Origin: an uncultured Candidatus Saccharibacteria bacterium
Lineage (GTDB): Bacteria > Patescibacteriota > Minisyncoccia > Phycocordibacterales > JACOZG01
Assembly: GCA_964448295.1 (NCBI GenBank)
Contig: CAYUVV010000001.1
Location: 89,838-142,064 of the forward strand
Direction: 5' to 3'
Length of the DNA: 52,227 nucleotides
The position numbers were made by a program, and so were the translations under genes. Below, one piece after another: positions 34,484-43,464 of this stretch. Positions within the stretch are counted from its first letter, which is position 1; each line of letters begins with the position of its first letter. The notes beneath the pieces are model-generated. The model had not been told where the DNA came from and ran no database searches. It worked only from the letters and a program-made list of their open reading frames with translations.

Positions 34484-35776
34484 TTATTTCTCCCTAATGT
34501 CTTGCTGGCCGCGGCGGATGTCCCAATCGTCGGGGCTAGTGTCGGAATGGAGTTTTAAGATTGGGAAACGGCGGCGCAAAAATTTATCCATTTGATGAGC
34601 AACGCGGCGGAGGGTGGGGTGGACGAGTCGGCCAGAGCGAAGCTCGGTAACGTAAACCGCCGCGGGTAAACCGTAGGTTACGCGGCAAATTACCACAAAA
34701 CCCATTGCCGCATAGTATTGTTTTAGTTGGGGAGCCAGCTTTAATTTCGCGATGGCCTTTTTTTGTTCGCTGATCAGTTTTTGCGCTCGCTCGCGGCTCG
34801 CTCGCGGCAGTTGTTCGAGATACCAAGGATGGAAGCCGTGTTTGGTAGTGAGTAGGGGCATTCGGCAGACGCCGTGCCGGTGTCGCTGAAGATCGCGAAA
34901 GGAGCCAAAGTCGAGCGGGAATTCGAAAGTACACTGCCCTAACTCGCTCAAAATGTGGGGAAGATTGGTTTTAGACGGGCGTGTTTGCAAGATGGCGCGG
35001 TGGGGAGTGAGGGCGCTTGGGGGGACGCTCGTGCGCGCGCGAAAGTCGTTGGGAGGTGGCACTGCCTGATAATAAGCATATTTTTTCATCATCTTGGCCC
35101 GATATTTTTCTTGGGCGGGGTTGGCAGGATGGCCAAAACTGGAGCGATATTTGATTTGGAGTTCTCGCAAAATTTCTTCTGCTAATTCCACCACCTCGGG
35201 TAGTGGCCAGTGGCGCAGCAAAGCCAGTTTATCCCAAGCTTGGCGCAAATTAGTGTGCCAAGAGAGTTGGGTGGTTGTTCCGGCCGGGAGAAAGCCGCGT
35301 AAGCTGTCGAAAATTCGGGCTTTAACGGCACGCTCATAAGTTTCTTCGTTCTCATCAGTATCGCGCGGATAACGAAGACGAATGAAATCAGCCACCGCGC
35401 TTTGTTCGCGGGTATAGAATTCAAGCCAACGGTCGAGTATGGCTTGCCCGGCTGAATTAGCGGCCGGATTTAACAGCGGTTGCCGCGACAGGTCAATATA
35501 GCGGGAACTGGTCTCTTGGCCGGAATAGAGCGGCCAATCTTGAATGGCTTTGGCGGCGAGCATCGAAACATTTTCAATAAAAATCGTAGTTGAACCACAG
35601 TCGGCAATCGAGCTGTGGCCGTAGCCGATGTAGTATTTTTCCATAAATTTACCGGAACCGGTAACTCTAACCTTCTCAACGTGCTCGACTACGCTGGCCG
35701 CGCTCCGCGAATAAAGCGCCTGCATCATCGCCATATCCTCGGGATTAAATTCGTCGTAAACGAAAATTTTCATCAA
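34484..35776 (-). CDS. thyX: FAD-dependent thymidylate synthase (long, two-domain type)
   Basis: GYGHSSIAD, QETSSRY, DFGSFRDLQRHRHG, ELRS...HP. Confidence 0.85.
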   Translation of the reverse strand: MMKIFVYDEFNPEDMAMMQALYSRSAASVVEHVEKVRVTGSGKFMEKYYIGYGHSSIADCGSTTIFIENVSMLAAKAIQDWPLYSGQETSSRYIDLSRQPLLNPAANSAGQAILDRWLEFYTREQSAVADFIRLRYPRDTDENEETYERAVKARIFDSLRGFLPAGTTTQLSWHTNLRQAWDKLALLRHWPLPEVVELAEEILRELQIKYRSSFGHPANPAQEKYRAKMMKKYAYYQAVPPPNDFRARTSVPPSALTPHRAILQTRPSKTNLPHILSELGQCTFEFPLDFGSFRDLQRHRHGVCRMPLLTTKHGFHPWYLEQLPRASRERAQKLISEQKKAIAKLKLAPQLKQYYAAMGFVVICRVTYGLPAAVYVTELRSGRLVHPTLRRVAHQMDKFLRRRFPILKLHSDTSPDDWDIRRGQQDIREK

Positions 35777-35778
35777 TC

Positions 35779-36204
35779 CTATTTCCCGGTGCTACCGAAT
35801 CCTCCTTTACCCCGTTCAGATTCCGTTAAACTTTCCACTTCCTCTAATTCAATCCGAGTAACTGGTTGGATGATTATTTGAGCAATTTTATGCCCTTTTT
35901 CAAAACGAAAAAACTTGTCTGATAAATTCATCACGCCGACGTGAATTTCTCCACGATAACCAGAATCAATTACCCCCCCGAAAGTTTTGATTCCGTATTT
36001 GTGTGAAAGTCCACTTTTGTCCCAAATTAAGCCGACGTGGTTTGGGGGTATTTCAATTGCTATCCCCAGCGGTATTGATTTGCGTTCGCCAGGCCCTAAT
36101 TCCAACTCTTCCAGCACAAAAAGATCAAGCCCGGCATCACCCGGTTTGGCATAAAGAGGAAAAACCGCCTCTGGGTGGAGGCGTTTAATTTTTAATTTTA
36201 CCAT
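35779..36204 (-). CDS. dut: Trimeric dUTPase
   Basis: AGLDL, KSGLS, GVIDSGYRGEI, IAQII, RGKGGFGSTG. Confidence 0.96.
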   Translation of the reverse strand: MVKLKIKRLHPEAVFPLYAKPGDAGLDLFVLEELELGPGERKSIPLGIAIEIPPNHVGLIWDKSGLSHKYGIKTFGGVIDSGYRGEIHVGVMNLSDKFFRFEKGHKIAQIIIQPVTRIELEEVESLTESERGKGGFGSTGK

Positions 36205-36721
36205 TTTTATTAAATCGATCAGACTTATAATCCTCGATTTCGGGATTAAGAATTTCTAATCTAACCCCCGCTGTTTCGAAAATCTCTTTAGTTTTTTGTC
36301 CTCGATGATAATCTTTGCTGGCCACCACCTTCTTGATGCCCGCGTTTATTAAAATTTTCGCACAAACATAACAAGGTGTCATGTGACAATAGAGAACGCC
36401 GCCGTCAACCGATACTCCCAACTTAGCCGCTTGCGCAATCGCGTTTTGTTCAGCGTGTACGGTCCTGACGCAGTGTTCCGATTCACTGTTATCAAAATTG
36501 ATAATTCGATGAAGTTCGTGGCCAACCTCATCGCAGTGCGGCAAACCGGTTGGTGAACCAACGTAGCCAGTTACTAGGATTCTTCGATCTCGGACAATCA
36601 CGCAACCAGATCGACCGCGGTCACACGTTGCCCGGCTACCTACCAATTCGGCAATTTGCAAAAAGTACTCATCCCAACCGGGACGTATGTACCTATTATT
36701 GATGGGTGCTTGGGCCATCAT
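36185..36721 (-). CDS. dCMP deaminase (ComEB-like)
   Basis: RPGWDEYF, RATCDR, TGYVG, VHAEQNAI, PCYVC. Confidence 0.92.
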   Translation of the reverse strand: MMAQAPINNRYIRPGWDEYFLQIAELVGSRATCDRGRSGCVIVRDRRILVTGYVGSPTGLPHCDEVGHELHRIINFDNSESEHCVRTVHAEQNAIAQAAKLGVSVDGGVLYCHMTPCYVCAKILINAGIKKVVASKDYHRGQKTKEIFETAGVRLEILNPEIEDYKSDRFNKNGKIKN

Positions 36722-36737
36722 CCCCAATGATACCTCT

Positions 36738-37166
36738 TTATTTCGTAACCTCAATCCCCATCGAGCGGGCGGTGCCTTCAATGGTTCGGATGGCGGCCTC
36801 AAGATCAGTGGTGTTAAGGTCGGGCATTTTTTTCTCAGCAATCTCGCGCACTTGGGCGGCGGTAACCTTGCCTGCGCGCGCTGCGAGGTTTTTGCCCGAG
36901 CCCTTTTCTGCCCCCGCGGCTTTGATGAGTAAGTTAGACGCCGGCGGCGTTTTTAGAACAAAATCAAAGCTCCGGTCGCCATAGATCGAGATCTCAACCG
37001 GCACAATAATATCGCCCATTTTGGCCGTGGCGGTGTTAAATTTGTTTACAAAGTCGCCGATATTGATGCCGGCCGGGCCGAGCGCTGTTCCTACCGGCGG
37101 CGCCGGTGTGGCTTTCCCGGCGGGGATTTGCAGTTTGATTTTCTTTTCTAGCTTTTTCTTAGCCAT
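36738..37166 (-). CDS. rplK: 50S ribosomal protein L11
   Basis: [33 protein letters not shown]. Confidence 0.97.
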   Translation of the reverse strand: MAKKKLEKKIKLQIPAGKATPAPPVGTALGPAGINIGDFVNKFNTATAKMGDIIVPVEISIYGDRSFDFVLKTPPASNLLIKAAGAEKGSGKNLAARAGKVTAAQVREIAEKKMPDLNTTDLEAAIRTIEGTARSMGIEVTK

Positions 37167-37173
37167 AAATAAA

Positions 37174-37761
37174 TTAAATTTTCTTGACTTGCAAAAAATC
37201 GAGCTCGACCGGCGTTTCGCGGCCAAACATCGAGACAAGAACCTTAACTTTGCCGCGTGCAGTGTCAATCTGATCTACCTTGCCCTCGAAATCTTTGAAC
37301 GGCCCATCCACAATCTGAACGGCTTCGTTGGTTTGGAGATCGATGGTGTGCGAGACCTCTTCTTTGCCCATTAAACGGAAAAGATGATCAACCTCGGCCC
37401 GATCAAGGGGCACGGGTACAACACCCGAGCCGACGAAACCCGTTACCCGCGGAGTATTCCGCACAACGTACCACGAGTCGTTGGTAACGATCATCTCGAC
37501 GAGCACGTAACCCGGGTACACTTTTTCTTCCACTGTTGCGCGTTTACCGCCCCTAACCTTTACTTTCTTTTCCGTCGGGACAATGATGTTAAAAATTTTG
37601 TCTTCCATCCCTAACGATTCGATTCTCTGCTTCAAGTTGCGAGCGACGGTGTTTTCGTAGCCGGAATATGTATGGATAGCATACCAATGACGGCCAGGCG
37701 CGATCTCTTTTTCATCTAGTGCGGCTGGAGGGGCTTTTTTCTCTGTTTCCGGAGCGCTCAT
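37174..37761 (-). CDS. nusG: Transcription termination/antitermination factor NusG
   Basis: [51 protein letters not shown]. Confidence 0.97.
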   Translation of the reverse strand: MSAPETEKKAPPAALDEKEIAPGRHWYAIHTYSGYENTVARNLKQRIESLGMEDKIFNIIVPTEKKVKVRGGKRATVEEKVYPGYVLVEMIVTNDSWYVVRNTPRVTGFVGSGVVPVPLDRAEVDHLFRLMGKEEVSHTIDLQTNEAVQIVDGPFKDFEGKVDQIDTARGKVKVLVSMFGRETPVELDFLQVKKI

Positions 37762-37762
37762 G

Positions 37763-37942
37763 TTATTGAAGTATTTGCTCGAGACCGTAGGCAAAACCCA
37801 GATCAAGCAAACCAAGCATGGCGGCTACGAAGATGGAAATACCGATCACGAGCACGGTAAAATTGGTCGTTTGGCGGCGGGTAGGCCAGGCGACATGTTT
37901 CAACTCCGCGCGGATCTCCTGCAAATAATTACCAATTTTCAT
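37763..37942 (-). CDS. secE: Preprotein translocase SecE (59 aa, not in ORF track)
   Basis: MKIGNYLQEIRAELKHVAWPTRRQTTNFTVLVI...; directly upstream of nusG. Confidence 0.93.
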   Translation of the reverse strand: MKIGNYLQEIRAELKHVAWPTRRQTTNFTVLVIGISIFVAAMLGLLDLGFAYGLEQILQ

Positions 37943-37949
37943 TTCCAGT

Positions 37950-38016
37950 ATCTTACCTTCTACATCCGGTTTGTCAAACTGTGATTTTGGTGCTAGGTTA
38001 GAGACAGAAAGGGGGT
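37950..38016. promoter_or_regulatory. Back-to-back promoters sharing one -35 region
   Basis: + strand TTGTCA(37971)-17-TGcTAGGTT-AGAAAGGGGGT; - strand TTGACA(37977)-16-TAAGAT for secE. Confidence 0.65.
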
Positions 38017-38026
38017 CTATCTATTT

Positions 38027-38503
38027 ATGCTTAAGTTCGAGGATAAAAGCACCAGACGTTTGCACGGACTTCCTTGTGTCGAACGCCAGACCGTTCTTGT
38101 TATTTTGCACAACCCGGGAAATCGCAAATTCGGATGTTTGAATTGGGGTGACATTGGTTATCGAACTTTTGTGATGGGCGGAATTGAGCCTGGGGAGACC
38201 CCGCAACAAGCCGCCTTACGGGAAGTGCGCGAAGAAACCGGCTACGTGGATGTTGAGGTTGTTACAGTTTTGGGCGAGTATCTGGCTTTCTACTACACCA
38301 TTCACAAAAGGGAGAATCGGAAAGCCCCAACCACGATTGTCTTGTGCCGGTTACGCAGTTCAACGCGGCAGGGGCTTGCCCCCAATCTGCCCCACCAGTT
38401 TGTGTGGCTGGGTATCAGCGAGGTTTCTGAATTCTTGCGCGGCACGGGTCAGCAACATGCTTGGGTTCTGGCCTATCTCCATTTGGGTCTTTTTCTGTCC
38501 TAG
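38027..38503 (+). CDS. Nudix hydrolase (orphan cassette)
   Basis: GGIEPGETPQQAALREVREETG Nudix box. Confidence 0.85.
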   Translation: MLKFEDKSTRRLHGLPCVERQTVLVILHNPGNRKFGCLNWGDIGYRTFVMGGIEPGETPQQAALREVREETGYVDVEVVTVLGEYLAFYYTIHKRENRKAPTTIVLCRLRSSTRQGLAPNLPHQFVWLGISEVSEFLRGTGQQHAWVLAYLHLGLFLS

Positions 38504-38532
38504 GTACAAACCCAGCTTTTGCGGCGAATCAA

Positions 38533-38570
38533 GCACCGAAGTTCTTGCAAGAACTTCGGTGCGCTTTTTT
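38533..38570 (+). terminator. Intrinsic terminator
   Basis: GCACCGAAGTTCTT-gc-AAGAACTTCGGTGC then GCTTTTTT. Confidence 0.8.
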
Positions 38571-38599
38571 TATTTATACTTTTCCAGTAAGATGACGGA

Positions 38600-40297
38600 A
38601 TGAAGTCAAGTGAGATTCGGCAAAAGTTTTTGACGTTTTTTGAGAATAGGGGGCATAAGATTGTGCCATCGTCATCGCTGGTGCCCGACGATCCTTCGGT
38701 CCTTTTAACCACGGCAGGGATGCAGCAGTTTAAGCCCTATTATCTCGATGCCGCCGTTGCCCGGCGGGAATTTGGCGGTTATCACACGGCTTCGATTCAA
38801 AAATGTTTTCGGACAACCGATATTGATGAAGTTGGTGACGACACCCACCTCACATTTTTCGAGATGCTCGGCAACTTTTCTTTCGGCGGTTATGGCAAGG
38901 GCGAAGCAATCGCGTTCGCCCACGAATTTATTGCTCGAGAGTTAAATTTACCAATTGCCTACGTGACGGTTTTTGGCGGTGGCCGGGGCGTGCCAGCCGA
39001 TGATGAGTCAGAGAAGATTTGGCGCGAGCTCGGTGTAAAAGATGTGCGACGCGAGGGAATTGACGACGTGTTTTGGGGGCCGACGGGTAACGCCGGCCCC
39101 TGCGGCCCAACGACCGAAATTTATTGCGAAAACGCCGCCGGTAAGACGGTTGAGATCTGGAACGTCGTTTTCAACCAATTTTTTTACAATGGTACGCGCG
39201 AGGACTTGCTTGCGGGCGCGGCGGGCAAAAGGCTTGAACCATTGCCACAATTGGGAATTGATACCGGAATGGGCCTTGAACGTCTAGCGATGGTGGCGCA
39301 GAGCAAAAAAAATATTTTCGAGAGTGATTTATTTTTGCCTCTGCTTGAGCGGTTGGGGGATAATGGCCGGTCGGCTCGGATTGTGGCTGATCACTTGCGC
39401 GCCGCCACTTTTTTGATCGCTGATGGCGTTACGCCCACCAACACCGATCGCGGTTACATTTTGCGTCGGTTGATTCGCCGGGCAGTGCGTCATGCCCGGC
39501 AACTTAAACTTGAGGGCGGTTTAAGCAGTTTGGTGCCAAACATTATTCAAACTTACGGTAATCATTACCAAGAGCTGGGTCAAAATCTAGAAAGGGTTGT
39601 TCAAATTTTGAATGAAGAAGAAAATAAATTTGCCGTGACTTTGGAACGTGGTCTCAAAGAGTTTGAGCGGGGGACCGACGCTTTTACTCTTTTTACAAGT
39701 TATGGTTTTCCGCTGGAACTGACGGCGGAATTGGCGCGCGAACAGGGGAGAGAGATTAATATCGCAAACTTTGAAGCGGCAATGCGCGAGCATCGTGATG
39801 TCTCGCGCACCGGTCTTGATAAAAAATTCGTTGGCGGCCTTGCTAACCACGAACCGTCGACGATCAAATTGCACACGGCGCACCACCTTCTGCTCGCGGC
39901 CCTAAAGCGCGTGCTTGGCGTAGATGTTAAGCAACGCGGTTCGAATATCAACGAAGAACGCCTGCGTCTTGATTTTAGTTTCGCACGCAAACTAACCGAC
40001 GGCGAAAAGCAGGCAATTGAAGCGCTGGTGAATGAGAAAATAAAAGAGGACCTGCCGGTGATCCAGCAAAATTTACCTAAAACCGAGGCCGAGAAATTGG
40101 GCGCAGAAATGGAATTTGGAACCAAATATGGCGATGTCGTCTCGGTGTACACGATTGGCCAGGGCGATCAAGTTTTTAGCCGCGAGTTCTGCGGCGGGCC
40201 ACACGTGGGCCACACTGGCGAAATTGGTGGATTAAAAATCTTGAAAGAAGAACCAAGTGCGGCGGGTGTTCGTCGAATCAAAGCCAAGCTCATTTAA
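38600..40297 (+). CDS. alaS: Alanyl-tRNA synthetase lacking C-Ala domain
   Basis: LLTTAGMQQFK, TFFEMLGNFSFG, GPCGPTTEI, DTGMGLER, editing HTAHH and CGGPH, GVRRIKA terminus. Confidence 0.96.
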   Translation: MKSSEIRQKFLTFFENRGHKIVPSSSLVPDDPSVLLTTAGMQQFKPYYLDAAVARREFGGYHTASIQKCFRTTDIDEVGDDTHLTFFEMLGNFSFGGYGKGEAIAFAHEFIARELNLPIAYVTVFGGGRGVPADDESEKIWRELGVKDVRREGIDDVFWGPTGNAGPCGPTTEIYCENAAGKTVEIWNVVFNQFFYNGTREDLLAGAAGKRLEPLPQLGIDTGMGLERLAMVAQSKKNIFESDLFLPLLERLGDNGRSARIVADHLRAATFLIADGVTPTNTDRGYILRRLIRRAVRHARQLKLEGGLSSLVPNIIQTYGNHYQELGQNLERVVQILNEEENKFAVTLERGLKEFERGTDAFTLFTSYGFPLELTAELAREQGREINIANFEAAMREHRDVSRTGLDKKFVGGLANHEPSTIKLHTAHHLLLAALKRVLGVDVKQRGSNINEERLRLDFSFARKLTDGEKQAIEALVNEKIKEDLPVIQQNLPKTEAEKLGAEMEFGTKYGDVVSVYTIGQGDQVFSREFCGGPHVGHTGEIGGLKILKEEPSAAGVRRIKAKLI

Positions 40298-40305
40298 CAA
40301 AAAAT

Positions 40306-40335
40306 CACCCCGCTGTTCGATGAACAAACGGGGTG
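40306..40335. terminator. Terminator hairpin between convergent genes
   Basis: CACCCCG..GTTC-gat-GAAC..CGGGGTG preceded by A tract. Confidence 0.6.
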
Positions 40336-40360
40336 CTTGGGGCGATCTCTATGGGGCGGA

Positions 40361-40834
40361 TCAGTCTGCAGGTGATAGCGATTCGGCAATTTGTTCAAGG
40401 GGCTTGCCGTAGGCGACCAACTTCTTGTTCTGCCACTTTCCTGTGAAGGCGAGGGTGAGTTTTGCGCTGCCTCTTTGTTTGCTTGGCTGGTGGTATTCCA
40501 TGACGGGAAGGCCGAGAAGTTGAAATTCGCAGCCACTCTTTCCTAGGTTTACCGGTCGATCAATCGACGAAAACACTAGGCGACGAGCCTCGGCCATCAA
40601 TTTTTCCCGCTCGTTACCTCGGTATTCATATCGACCGTCAATTTGCAGACAAACGCCCGTGTTATTGTCCTCTGTAACTGTAATTTCAAACGGTATCTTC
40701 TCTTGCCAATAATGGATTGTGTGGGTGTTTGGCTGGGGATTATCGACAGCAAACACCAGCGTCAACACCACCGTCAGCAGGATTATTATTCCTGTTACCG
40801 TCAGGCCCGCGACAAACCCCTGTCGTCCGCTCAT
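40361..40834 (-). CDS. Hypothetical membrane-anchored protein (orphan cassette)
   Basis: N-terminal TM, two Cys; CGGAGGA SD; start moved to ATG 40834. Confidence 0.65.
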   Translation of the reverse strand: MSGRQGFVAGLTVTGIIILLTVVLTLVFAVDNPQPNTHTIHYWQEKIPFEITVTEDNNTGVCLQIDGRYEYRGNEREKLMAEARRLVFSSIDRPVNLGKSGCEFQLLGLPVMEYHQPSKQRGSAKLTLAFTGKWQNKKLVAYGKPLEQIAESLSPAD

Positions 40835-40895
40835 AGTCTGTCCTCCGTCTTCGAGTTTCAAGATCTATCAGACAACAAGCTGATATTCTGTCATT

Positions 40896-40924
40896 AGGAT
40901 ATTGGAATAAATGTATTTTGTCAA
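40896..40924 (-). promoter_or_regulatory. sigma70 promoter
   Basis: TTGACA-17 nt-TATCCT. Confidence 0.75.
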
Positions 40925-40982
40925 ATTTGGGAATTGGCAACACTTATTCGTTGTCAGTTGTTTTGCTGTCTTTTAAAATTAG

Positions 40983-42128
40983 ATGACGATGAGCGAAGTT
41001 TTGGGAATCATTGATGTTCATAGTCACGGCGTGAGCGGCGCGCTTCTCGCGCCGCCGACGACAACTGGCCACGCCGGCCGTTGTCGCGAGCCGGTTCTCG
41101 TCCATCATGAAGACATCAGTTTCGAGATAAACCAGGAACCGGAATTGATGTTTGGCCAAATAGTAGATGCTCTGCGCCGCACCGCCGCGGCGGTGCGGCG
41201 GGGGAGCGGCGGTCGGCACATCGCCGGCCACTGTTTTCTTTCCGCGCCGTTTTATCTCGACCGGACGAAAATCATCCGTTGGCGGCACAAAGAGCCGCGC
41301 CTGTTTACCGCCCGGAATGTAGGAGAAGTTTTGGATCGTGAAGGTAAAAAATTTTTGGCGGACGGGGAAAATTATCATCTGTTGGAAAAAAGAATTCTTC
41401 GCTTAACTCTAAATGGTTATCCCGTGCCGCTAGGGGTGTCAGCTCGTGCCACGGAGGCCGAGATTGCGATGTATTTTTCGGCTACTCCTGGCGCGTTATT
41501 AAATCGTCTTTCGGCCAGTTTGCGTGGCGAGCGGTGGCGGTCGGTTGTTTTCCACCCATTTTCGTTCATGCTTTATCGAGTTGTCCCGTATCTGTTGCCA
41601 AATTTGACCAATCTCACCCTCGTGAACGTGGAAGAAGAAATTACCGAAGTTACAGTTGTTTCCCAAGGAGTTTTGCTGGAAACCTTCTCTTTTCCACTGG
41701 GTAGCAATCATCTGATTCGCCAATACGCTGCCAATTTTAGGACGGTGTTTGCGGAGGCCGAATCAGCGCTTAAACTATATTTTGCCGGCACTCAAACGGC
41801 CGCCGCAGCCCAACGAATAAAAAATTTTCTCCGAGAACAAGCCGACGCTTGGCTCAAGTTATTTCAAGATAATCTTGATCAGGCGCTCGACCAATTTCTC
41901 CTTTCGCCCGAGGTGCTGGTGCTAACCCAGCCGTCGTTTGCTCCATTGTATGTTGGTTGGCTCAGCCGAACGTCGAGTAACTCCAGTCTGGTTATCAACA
42001 ACAGCCCCCTACACGCTCGGGCGCTAGACGACACATTGTTTCAATCTTATTGTGGTGGTGGTTTAAATCCTCCAGCGGACGCGCGCTTGGTGCTCGGCGG
42101 CATATTTTGTGATAACATTAAATCATGA
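40983..42128 (+). CDS. Divergent FtsA-like actin-fold protein
   Basis: LGIIDVHSHG, LNGYPV, LVNVEEEITEV, SFPLGSNHL, AESALK pattern of FtsA/PilM-type fold with degenerate nucleotide loops. Confidence 0.55.
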   Translation: MTMSEVLGIIDVHSHGVSGALLAPPTTTGHAGRCREPVLVHHEDISFEINQEPELMFGQIVDALRRTAAAVRRGSGGRHIAGHCFLSAPFYLDRTKIIRWRHKEPRLFTARNVGEVLDREGKKFLADGENYHLLEKRILRLTLNGYPVPLGVSARATEAEIAMYFSATPGALLNRLSASLRGERWRSVVFHPFSFMLYRVVPYLLPNLTNLTLVNVEEEITEVTVVSQGVLLETFSFPLGSNHLIRQYAANFRTVFAEAESALKLYFAGTQTAAAAQRIKNFLREQADAWLKLFQDNLDQALDQFLLSPEVLVLTQPSFAPLYVGWLSRTSSNSSLVINNSPLHARALDDTLFQSYCGGGLNPPADARLVLGGIFCDNIKS

Positions 42129-43411
42129 TTCAAGACGTAAAACGTTCCAAACCAAGTTTGCGCGAGGTTTTGCCAAAAACCACCGAGCGCGCGACGGGCG
42201 ATGCCGTGCGTCGGCCAGCGACATCCGGTGATTATGAATTAACGGTGGGTGAGCGTTTCCCAAAAAAACGCTGGTGGTTAGTAACCCTAGCGGTGATTTT
42301 GGTCGTTTTGGGCAGCGGGGCTTGGGCCACTTGGCGCTGGGGCGAGGCCCGGATTGTTCTTTATCCGCGCGCGGTATTGGTTGAGGCCACGGTGCGGTTA
42401 ACGGCGAGTTTAACACCGACGGGGAGCGACCTCGGCTATCAATTGGTTCGTTTGGATGGTCAAAATGAGCGTGTTTTACCAGCGACGAAAATGGAGGCCG
42501 AGCCAACACCCGCAAGTGGATTAATCACTATCTACAATAATTATAGCGCTCGGCCGCAGGTGCTTATCGCTCGCACGCGTTTCGCAACATCGGATGGAAA
42601 AATCTACCGCATCAGCAAACCGGTCACCGTGCCCGGTTCGCGCGAGGTTGACGGGAAAATAGAGCCGGGAGCAGTGGAGGCAACGGTAATTTCTGACGGC
42701 GTTGGCCCTGATTATAATGTTGGGCCAACAAAATTTACCATCCCGGGCTTTAAGGGCGATCCGCGTTTTGAAGGATTTTACGCTGAATCCGTTTCTCCTA
42801 TGACGGGTGGAGCGGACGGGGCTCGACTGTTGCCTAAGCCAGATGAGCTGAAGACAGCGCGAGAATCAATGATTGCTGATTTAAAAAACAGGTTATTGAC
42901 CGAAGCCCGGTCTTCTTTACCGGCGGAAATGATTATTTTTCCGCTAACGGCGCTCGAGACGACAGAAAAAATTGTCCCGTTAGGCGAAAATCAGGTTACG
43001 GTAACGCAAACGGCCGATTGGGCCGCCGCTGTTTTTCGTCGAGCCGATTTGACCACTCGCTTGATTCAATCGTTGGCTAGTTACGGTTTGCCGCCCAAGC
43101 CGACGATTGCTAACTTGGACGGACTCGACCTTTTGGTTCTTGACCGGGTGGCGACAGAAATCAAAGAAGGTCGTCTCGACTTTAATTTGAGTGGTAAATT
43201 ATTGGCGGTCTCGGAAATAGATACCAATGATTGGCAAGCCCGTTTAGCGGGAGCGGCGCGCGGGGAACTTGCGGCGTTGGCGAGCAACGATCAAACACTT
43301 GAAAGATACGATCTTGCTTTTAGACCACCGTGGCTTTGGCATTTTCCATCCACCAGGGAAAAAATTATCATTGAGGTGGCAACCCCAGTGCCGGACGCGC
43401 TTGACGTCTAA
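42125..43411 (+). CDS. Membrane-anchored protein with baseplate-J-like beta domain (CPR-typical)
   Basis: N-terminal tail + TM, ASGLITIYN, TRFATSDGKIY, VTVPG, VGPDYNVGPTKFTIPG, MTGG. Confidence 0.55.
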   Translation: MIQDVKRSKPSLREVLPKTTERATGDAVRRPATSGDYELTVGERFPKKRWWLVTLAVILVVLGSGAWATWRWGEARIVLYPRAVLVEATVRLTASLTPTGSDLGYQLVRLDGQNERVLPATKMEAEPTPASGLITIYNNYSARPQVLIARTRFATSDGKIYRISKPVTVPGSREVDGKIEPGAVEATVISDGVGPDYNVGPTKFTIPGFKGDPRFEGFYAESVSPMTGGADGARLLPKPDELKTARESMIADLKNRLLTEARSSLPAEMIIFPLTALETTEKIVPLGENQVTVTQTADWAAAVFRRADLTTRLIQSLASYGLPPKPTIANLDGLDLLVLDRVATEIKEGRLDFNLSGKLLAVSEIDTNDWQARLAGAARGELAALASNDQTLERYDLAFRPPWLWHFPSTREKIIIEVATPVPDALDV

Positions 43412-43429
43412 CTATTGCTTTGCTAGCAT
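43401..43429 (+). promoter_or_regulatory. sigma70 promoter of the infA-alpha operon
   Basis: TTGACG-17 nt-TGcTAGCAT overlapping the upstream stop. Confidence 0.7.
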
Positions 43430-43464
43430 AATTCCACCTTTGTTGCGCATGGGTTTTTATTCGA

